A DNA stretch of 44,165 nt from a virus (lineage: Duplodnaviria > Caudoviricetes), in the IMG/VR virus record IMGVR_UViG_3300033513_000017, positions 1 through 44,165 of that record, one strand, 5' to 3'. The notes under the pieces are model-generated. The model was not told the origin of the DNA, made no database searches, and saw only the letters and a list, made by a program, of their open reading frames with translations. Positions 37,928 through 44,165 of this stretch are shown piece by piece. The position numbers and the translations under genes were made by a program. Position 1 is the stretch's first letter; the number at the start of each line of letters is the position of its first letter.

Positions 37928-39418
37928 TTAATAACCAGTAACAATACACATTCCAGATTCACCACTTTCATCATGTTCATGCTCTTCTTCCCATTCTTCA
38001 TCGGCAAGTTGTTCTTCTGTAGGAGCAACTACCATTTTATCTAATTCAAGGCCAATATGTGCTGTTGCATCAACTTGGTCCAGATAAGCAGATTTAGGGA
38101 ATTGCAGGAATTCTTGCAGAAAAGTATTATACCAAGGGGCTTGTGTATCTACTTCTATACCACCGGCACGGAAACGAGCACGAATTGACTGAGCACGTTT
38201 GGGTTTATCTTGCGTCGGAGTAGCAGGACGAATAGTAAGATAGATACCTCTCTTAACCATTTCCAGATTTAAGAAAGGTCCAATTGATTTAGCAATGTTC
38301 TCTTGTTCAACAGCAAACCACATAGGGCTGTAGGTCTGTTGAATTTCAAACATTGTTTCTACAATTTTGAGGGAGTCACCACGGAACCGATGGACATTTA
38401 CTATTTTTAGCATTCCTTCACTATTAAGACCAGCAACAGTAAATACAGTAAAGGCACGTCTATCTTGAGTAGATATTGCTAAGTCTCCACCAACATAGTA
38501 TTCCAGAGGTTCAGTCCTATCCAAGATAGGTTTAAAATCTTTCGTCTGGAAAAATGCAGTAGACGCATCAATAGGATAATTCAGATACTCTTGGGCATAA
38601 CCTTCTGGTTCGCCTTGGTCAACATACTCTTGTCTTATTTCTTCAAGTCGTTCTTGACTGAACTTCTCTTGCCATAAGATATTATCAAAGTTTTCATCGT
38701 GGGCACGGTATCTAACCGATACCCAAGTTTTAATCTTTTTCTTCGAGTATGACTTTAGTGGTTCTACTACGGTATTCGCGTCCCCTATTGGTGGCATATA
38801 CCGTTCTAACAAAGAGTCTAGGTGAAGAATTGTACCTACTACTCGGAAAATACAATTGTCCCCTCCGCAGGGAAGTAGTGCCTTTTGGAACCACCTTCTG
38901 AACTTAGCCCTCCGTTCTTCATTTTCAACAATTTCATCATTCTCAAGGTCGTCACAAACAATAAGGTCAGGGCGCATATTACGCCACTTGATACCTCTTA
39001 CCTTTTGTTCTGAACCTTTAGCAATGATTCGGAATTCGTGTCCACCTTCACAGGAAACAATTATATCTGATTCTGTTTCTTTGGTGAAACCAAGAACTCC
39101 AAAGGTACGAATTAAATCATCGTTCTCAGTAAGTTCTTTCTTAATGTCACCAAGGAACTGTACAGCCTGTCCCTCAGTATCCGAAACAATAAGCGCGAAT
39201 TTCCTACATCTGAATAATACATTAGCCAGAACATATGCGTGTGTTATCGCTGTTGATTTTGCGTGACCACGTGGAGCAGCTATTGCTACCTTTCTTTCTT
39301 CAGAGCAAGCTAAATCCCACAATTCCCTGTGGAAGTGGGGAATTGGTTTTGGATTATCGTAACGGGTAAGTAAGAAGGTAGACGTAAATCCATAAATAAC
39401 GTCTGAGGTTAACTGCAA
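37928..39418 (-). CDS. terL: Terminase large subunit
   Basis: Walker A APRGHAKST, Walker B LIVCDDLE, VGT coupling motif, nuclease DLA and DQVDA. Confidence 0.95.
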   Translation of the reverse strand: MQLTSDVIYGFTSTFLLTRYDNPKPIPHFHRELWDLACSEERKVAIAAPRGHAKSTAITHAYVLANVLFRCRKFALIVSDTEGQAVQFLGDIKKELTENDDLIRTFGVLGFTKETESDIIVSCEGGHEFRIIAKGSEQKVRGIKWRNMRPDLIVCDDLENDEIVENEERRAKFRRWFQKALLPCGGDNCIFRVVGTILHLDSLLERYMPPIGDANTVVEPLKSYSKKKIKTWVSVRYRAHDENFDNILWQEKFSQERLEEIRQEYVDQGEPEGYAQEYLNYPIDASTAFFQTKDFKPILDRTEPLEYYVGGDLAISTQDRRAFTVFTVAGLNSEGMLKIVNVHRFRGDSLKIVETMFEIQQTYSPMWFAVEQENIAKSIGPFLNLEMVKRGIYLTIRPATPTQDKPKRAQSIRARFRAGGIEVDTQAPWYNTFLQEFLQFPKSAYLDQVDATAHIGLELDKMVVAPTEEQLADEEWEEEHEHDESGESGMCIVTGY

Positions 39419-39421
39419 ATG

Positions 39422-39562
39422 TTATCGAGGTTTCCGAGGCTTATATGGTCCCCTTTTCTTCCCCGTACCTTTCTTGATATTTACATCAGCGGGAGCTACC
39501 GTCATTAAAGTATTAGGCATCCCGAGTTTTGGAGTTTTTGGCATCTTCATCCGTTTAGCCAC
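39422..39562 (-). CDS. Small basic protein, 46 aa (not in the ORF track)
   Basis: AGGAGG RBS with GTG start; MAKRMKMPKTPK...KKKGPYKPRKPR. Confidence 0.65.
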   Translation of the reverse strand: MAKRMKMPKTPKLGMPNTLMTVAPADVNIKKGTGKKRGPYKPRKPR

Positions 39563-39580
39563 TTCTTTATTCCTCCTAAA

Positions 39581-40006
39581 TTACTTTTCCGTTGGACAAA
39601 CAAAAGTTACTGAATTAGTATCAAAGTCCATAGTAAGTTGTTTGAATTGCTTAAGTACATTCATACCAAGAATAGGTCTTTTAGTAGTATCAAATGCAAT
39701 TACTTCAACATCCCTAATTAAACAATCACCAACTTTGATAGAAGGTAAAGTATAAACTTTAGTGGTTATACGTTGACCATTAGCCATAACACCTTCTATA
39801 TCCTTAGTGTATACTCCATCAACAGGAACACCGGGAAGTACAGTATAACCAGAACCAGTATCAAATAAAAAATTAGCTGGTTGAGCAGCTCCAGAAATCT
39901 GAACTGGAACATCAATTGTACTTCTATCATTTGGGATTAACTTTACAGTAGTACCAAATGCTAAAACAGGAAACAAAGTAAATACTAATAGAAATCTCTT
40001 AAGCAT
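39581..40006 (-). CDS. Retropepsin-like (clan AA) aspartyl protease with a signal peptide
   Basis: FLFDTGSGYT, flap MANG, ILGMNVL; N-terminus MLKRFLLVFTLFPVLAFG (start at 40006). Confidence 0.88.
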   Translation of the reverse strand: MLKRFLLVFTLFPVLAFGTTVKLIPNDRSTIDVPVQISGAAQPANFLFDTGSGYTVLPGVPVDGVYTKDIEGVMANGQRITTKVYTLPSIKVGDCLIRDVEVIAFDTTKRPILGMNVLKQFKQLTMDFDTNSVTFVCPTEK

Positions 40007-40577
40007 CTTTTTTATCGTTCTCAATTTGAATAGTTGCTTGTGTATCTTGACGAATCTTAACAGCAAAGTCCTCCATCTTCTTCTTAAGAACTTCTAACAT
40101 TTCATCCTTAGTTGCTGAGTTAGCAACACCATTAATAGATTCTCTAATCTTTTGACGTTTATCAAATAGAATAGCTAAGGAAGTAGTTAAGTCTCGGAGA
40201 GATACTTTCTTTGTTCTTTTGTTACCTTCACTATCAAAGACTTCATCACCATTCTCCATACGGTCTAAAGCTTCTTTAACACCTTTAGAGATAACTTTGG
40301 TAATTTGTCCGTCTAGTTCATCATTATGTTCTTTACGTATCTTTTCAGCTATTTCAGGCCACCATAGTGACCTTTCTCTCCACATACGAACAGAAGAGTA
40401 ATTTACATTTGCAAGTTCTGCTGCTTGTTTTAAATCACCAGTAATTACATATTCTATGATAACTTTAATCTTTTGTTCAATAGAATACTTTGATTGTTCA
40501 CTATCAATCTTGTTTAATTCATCTTCATTAACTAACTCTAAATTATTTTTATCATTCACCTTTAATACATTCCTCAA
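39999..40577 (-). CDS. terS: Terminase small subunit (HTH)
   Basis: YSIEQK...TGDLKQAAELANVNYSSVRMW HTH; first gene of the structural arm. Confidence 0.72.
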   Translation of the reverse strand: MRNVLKVNDKNNLELVNEDELNKIDSEQSKYSIEQKIKVIIEYVITGDLKQAAELANVNYSSVRMWRERSLWWPEIAEKIRKEHNDELDGQITKVISKGVKEALDRMENGDEVFDSEGNKRTKKVSLRDLTTSLAILFDKRQKIRESINGVANSATKDEMLEVLKKKMEDFAVKIRQDTQATIQIENDKKDA

Positions 40578-41750
40578 CCCGTTCTCTCACTCAAAACATA
40601 TATAGTTTTTCTTTCGTTCACTTCCGTGTCTCGGAATGAACTTCGCTCTTCACCTTTCTTACATACGCCTCCTAAGAGGCTAATATGTGAAGAGCTAGTG
40701 ATTCGTACCTAAGTAATATCGCTCGTTAAAGTTAACACTTTAAACTCACTCTATTACCTCCCTGTACTCATTAAACATATAAGTATTAGGACAACAAAAA
40801 AACAAGGAAGTTCACTAGAAATTTTTAAGTTGTTGTAAAGATTACGATTATAGTTTGAACCTCCCACTCCCCCAAGAGTCGCAATTCTGCGAATCGCTCT
40901 GGGAGGGTCGGAGCAAAGTTTGGGCTTATTTGAATTCTTAAATTATAAAAAAATTTATAGCCCAAATCTTTGCGAAGGGTGGGAAGTATATATTCCCTAT
41001 ATTTCTGTTCTATCCTGAACAGGTATTATATATCCCTATATAAAAGTACTTCCTTGTACTTATCAATTATAAATAAAAAAAGTTATCTTTTAGCACCGTA
41101 GCGATGATAGACGCACGGGGCGCTTGCCCCTCAGCTCGCTTTAAGTTTCCCTACCGGGTCCCATTAGAGGACCCTATGTAGTACCTTTATCTGTATAGAT
41201 ATATATGTTATGTATATGTAAATGAATAGTAATTACAATAACTAAATACATTATTAGTTATTAATGTATATATAGTAAATGAATATGTATATTAATTATA
41301 TAATGATATTAAGTACATACTATTGTGTGTATTTATTATATTAATTAATGATAATGATTAATGCACTCACCTAGTTCTCTAGTTCGCGCTAATTACATCT
41401 TATTAGTTAAATCAATAACTTAGTTAATATACGTCCTTGTATTGTGTATGTTACGTACATCCATGTACCCTAATTAGCGAAGCATAGCGAAGTTTCTGAC
41501 TCCAAATAGGCCAATTGAAGGGCCGATTTGCTAGGTTTCTAGCCTGAACTTTCTTATCTAATCAGTCTAATATGTGTTCCCAATTATAAACATTTATTTC
41601 ATATAGTCTATGTCGTTACTTATGGAACTTTTAAATACCCAAGATTAGCTATATAAAGAGCAAGATTAAACCTGAACCCTTAGCCCCGCTTCGGGTCTAC
41701 TCTTACATAACCAAATAGGTAATCTCTAAACCCTTACTTCTGGAGATAGA
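40578..41750. other. Non-coding divergent region (likely genome termini/origin) with hairpins and an AT-rich tract
   Basis: No ORF of 60 aa or more; many inverted repeats; strongly AT-rich ~41185-41430; separates the divergent late and early arms. Confidence 0.6.
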
Positions 41751-41754
41751 AGCC

Positions 41755-41955
41755 GTGGTCCTAGTAAAGTTTGAAATTGTAAACAGTGAGACGCTCGGGG
41801 CCTACATCCGTGCCGTATATGATGACGGGCACAATACCGTATGGGGAAAGGTCAACATGACGGAACAAGGAGCCCGTAGGAGGCTCACAATAGCGGCTAA
41901 GCGTTGGGGCTTCACCGTTGACAAGGCTAAGGGCGAAGCAACAAAGAAAGTCTAG
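41755..41955 (+). CDS. Early hypothetical protein
   Basis: GGAG RBS with GTG start; GC-richer codons. Confidence 0.65.
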   Translation: MVLVKFEIVNSETLGAYIRAVYDDGHNTVWGKVNMTEQGARRRLTIAAKRWGFTVDKAKGEATKKV

Positions 41956-41963
41956 AAAAAAGG

Positions 41964-41992
41964 TAGACAAGTTCAGAAACCCGACCTAAAAT
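41964..41992 (+). promoter_or_regulatory. Sigma70-type early promoter
   Basis: TAGACA-17 nt-TAAAAT with an A-rich upstream tract. Confidence 0.7.
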
Positions 41993-42083
41993 AGACTCAA
42001 CAGATAACCAAACAGGACCGCCGACGTACTAATAACCTAAGAAAATCATGGAATTAGTGTACCTTGTGGGTCAAGGAAAGTAG

Positions 42084-42111
42084 TTGACAGATCTTAGGCT
42101 TCTGATAAACT
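42084..42111 (+). promoter_or_regulatory. Sigma70-type early promoter (extended -10)
   Basis: TTGACA-16 nt-TAAACT preceded by TGn. Confidence 0.75.
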
Positions 42112-42138
42112 GTAGGCAAGTAAAGAGGAGATAGAACC

Positions 42139-42333
42139 ATGATTCGCAACAACAAGCAGGACTGGGAAATCGGTGAAGTGGTTAAGGTCGGCTTCCTTCA
42201 GCTCCGCATTATCGGCAAGGAACCCACTCCGGGCGACTTCCTGCCTGACGCCTACATCCTCTGTGGTCTGGGCGACAAGGCCGACCGGAAGTACCGCTTC
42301 GTTCCCCACAACGGCCTTGAGCGGATGAACTAA
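42139..42333 (+). CDS. Conserved small early phage protein
   Basis: GAGGAG RBS; KQDW-IG-VVKVGFL...TPGD-PDAY...FVPHNGL pattern; high GC3. Confidence 0.8.
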   Translation: MIRNNKQDWEIGEVVKVGFLQLRIIGKEPTPGDFLPDAYILCGLGDKADRKYRFVPHNGLERMN

Positions 42334-42342
42334 GGAGGCTGT

Positions 42343-42555
42343 ATGAAAACGAAACACAGTTATGCAAGGCTTCCCACAGCCGAAAAACGGGAGTGGCAGT
42401 GGGAAGAAATAGAGAGAAAATGGAAGAACAAGAAATGGCAATTCCTAAGAGGTTATATATATGGAGTAACTGATTACCTACACCCTTTGAGTGAAGATTG
42501 GGAAGATTTATGGTTCTTAGCTTCAATCATTACGATAAGGGAATTTGAGGATTAA
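42343..42555 (+). CDS. Early hypothetical protein
   Basis: AAGGAGG RBS. Confidence 0.7.
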   Translation: MKTKHSYARLPTAEKREWQWEEIERKWKNKKWQFLRGYIYGVTDYLHPLSEDWEDLWFLASIITIREFED

Positions 42556-42559
42556 CTAA

Positions 42560-42805
42560 ATGAATAACCTAATGCCTTTAAGTACATATTGGAACAAACT
42601 ACATTATCACGATTGGTTTTATCAAATGAGTGATGATAGTTATTGGTATCATAAAGGAAGAGATGAAGAACTAGAGATAACTAATCATCGCCATGATAGC
42701 CCAGAGCACTTTAGGCTATTCCATGAATGGTTATCATATGTATTTGATGAAAGGAAATACCCCATTCTTTGTAAAGACTATAATTACCTTCAAGAAAGGG
42801 CATAA
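42560..42805 (+). CDS. Early hypothetical protein (HDWFYQMSDD motif)
   Basis: GAGGA RBS; motif recalled from small phage proteins. Confidence 0.7.
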   Translation: MNNLMPLSTYWNKLHYHDWFYQMSDDSYWYHKGRDEELEITNHRHDSPEHFRLFHEWLSYVFDERKYPILCKDYNYLQERA

Positions 42806-42809
42806 GGTT

Positions 42810-43019
42810 ATGCGAAACTACAAACACCCTGTGATTAAAACTGGTGGCTATTGGCTAATAGCCGAAACATTGAATAATGCTAAACCAATAGGTCCTAATA
42901 CTGGTATTGAATGGTGTTATTGGAAGCAACTAGTAGAGCACTTTACAGTAGCACTTAAACGCGATAACTCTAAGTTTAATCCTGAACTGTTTAAGAAAGC
43001 TTGTGGTCTAAGTGAATAG
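42810..43019 (+). CDS. Early hypothetical protein (DNxxF-FxxACG motif)
   Basis: Likely start at 42810; LKRDNSKFNPELFKKACG. Confidence 0.7.
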   Translation: MRNYKHPVIKTGGYWLIAETLNNAKPIGPNTGIEWCYWKQLVEHFTVALKRDNSKFNPELFKKACGLSE

Positions 43020-43108
43020 ATACGCAATTCCCTAATAGGTTATTTCTACCTGCGGTTTAACGAATTAGGTTAGACCGCTTCTAGAAGTAAACCTAAAAGG
43101 TTAAACTA

Positions 43109-43237
43109 ATGATACGTTATATAGTTGAATACATAGTTTTGATTATTCTTGGGAATATGTTTAATCTATTACTAATAGGTTTAATATTCCACAAGAATGT
43201 ATATAAATGGTTAAAAGATAAATTGAGGCATACATAA
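43109..43237 (+). CDS. Small single-TM protein, 42 aa (not in the ORF track)
   Basis: MIRYIVEYIVLIILGNMFNLLLIGLIFHK...; abuts the next gene. Confidence 0.5.
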   Translation: MIRYIVEYIVLIILGNMFNLLLIGLIFHKNVYKWLKDKLRHT

Positions 43238-43465
43238 ATGAATAAGGTTAAGAATATTGGTAGCACTGGTAAAGAGATTAGCAGGATGTTGCGTAATCTT
43301 GAGGGACCTCTTTATGCACCTGTTTCTAATAATGATGATACTATCTATCTAAAGATAGTAAAGGATGATGCCCTTATATTCTTTAAAGACTTTAGGGATA
43401 ATGAAACTGGTTTTGTATTGGAATATGATGAAGTAAAGAAGAGATTTTATCTAGAGGTTAATTAA
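43238..43465 (+). CDS. Early hypothetical protein
   Basis: GAGG RBS; ORF track. Confidence 0.65.
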   Translation: MNKVKNIGSTGKEISRMLRNLEGPLYAPVSNNDDTIYLKIVKDDALIFFKDFRDNETGFVLEYDEVKKRFYLEVN

Positions 43466-43609
43466 TGAAAAAAAGTAATTAAATGTCCAGTATGTGGGTG
43501 CAAGTGGATACTCAAAAAGCCCACTTCTAAAATTATGTAGACCTCATCATACTAGAATGTGGAAAGCACATAAATATATTCAGTTTTTCTGAAAGAAAGG
43601 AGGTTTATT

Positions 43610-43840
43610 GTGTGTAAATGTAGATACTTAGAGATAGCACACTTGCATCGATTCCATGAATTCGGAGCCATTATTTTAGGTAATGGTCAAACTCAGTATT
43701 TAACCGAAAAAGAATTAAAAGCAGTAGCAGAAGAAATGCTTAAGCTTGCTAGTGATATTCACTGGTATGAGTTTGTAGATTCTAATTATAATAGTGCATC
43801 AATTAATCATGAATGCGTAGATTGGCGACCCGGTAAATAA
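43610..43840 (+). CDS. Early hypothetical protein
   Basis: AAGGAGG RBS with GTG start. Confidence 0.65.
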   Translation: MCKCRYLEIAHLHRFHEFGAIILGNGQTQYLTEKELKAVAEEMLKLASDIHWYEFVDSNYNSASINHECVDWRPGK

Positions 43841-44165
43841 TCATGCTTTGAAAAGGATTTAGATAAGTATTTACCACAATACCCACACTATAAAACATAT
43901 ACACAGATGTACAGGATTCTTTAAGCATACTAGGTAAATTAGTTATTTTTGTGATAAATTTAGTCAGGCAGAGGGGGAAAACTTTACATGAAAATGCCGG
44001 CACTATTGAATAGGACAGAAGCAAGGTATTGGCTATTAATTAATAATCTTGGTGACTATAAATTGCCAAGAGACAATAGAGCATTTGTGATATGCTGGCC
44101 GGGCATGTTTGAACAATGCGTTAAAATTGAGAAAGTCGGTAAAGATTACTTTAAATTAGATACTG

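Noticed and set aside
288-40401. Numerous antisense or alternate-frame ORFs in the track (e.g. 1067-1465, 2208-2708, 3750-4259, 34959-35333, 38856-39266)
   Set aside because: They are shadows of well-supported genes, with no motifs or RBS.
43465-44165. Fragmentary ORFs that become plausible if single bases are removed from homopolymers (e.g. ATG-A7-GTAATT giving MKKVIKCPVCG; ATGCTTTGAAAAG)
   Set aside because: Several indels near the contig end look more like low-coverage sequencing error or decay than programmed recoding, so they are not called as genes.
1-44165. Stop-codon reassignment
   Set aside because: All core genes are intact in code 11, and TAA, TAG and TGA all end genes.
1-44165. 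tRNA genes, CRISPR array, integrase, DGR reverse transcriptase, introns or inteins
   Set aside because: None recognised by eye. PolA, RNR and TerL have normal or compact lengths with no insertion motifs. Dedicated scans were not run.

Overview
Most of a lytic, podovirus-like dsDNA phage genome with low GC, apparently circularly permuted: it starts inside the DNA polymerase gene and ends in the early region. The + arm (1-11667) holds PolA, a putative SSB, a 5'-3' exonuclease, T7-like endonuclease I, dUTPase, ThyX, a frameshifted HNH, a compact class II RNR, a lysozyme and a holin-like gene. It converges at a bidirectional terminator (~11675-11718) with the - arm (40577-11720), which holds TerS, a retropepsin, TerL, portal, GroES, scaffold, capsid, head appendages, P22-like gp4/gp10 tail proteins, three paralogous short fibres, ejection proteins and a holin. 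A ~1.2 kb structured non-coding region (40578-41750) and small early genes with sigma70 promoters follow. Top observations: (1) a catalytically dead GH18 TIM barrel nested in an Ig domain appears split across two adjacent appendage genes (30878-28509 and 28504-25880), implying trans-complementation into a heterodimer; (2) an Acb1-like 2H phosphoesterase is embedded in the largest ejection protein; (3) an exported retropepsin-like protease lies between the terminase genes. All family calls are by motif recognition; no database searches were run.
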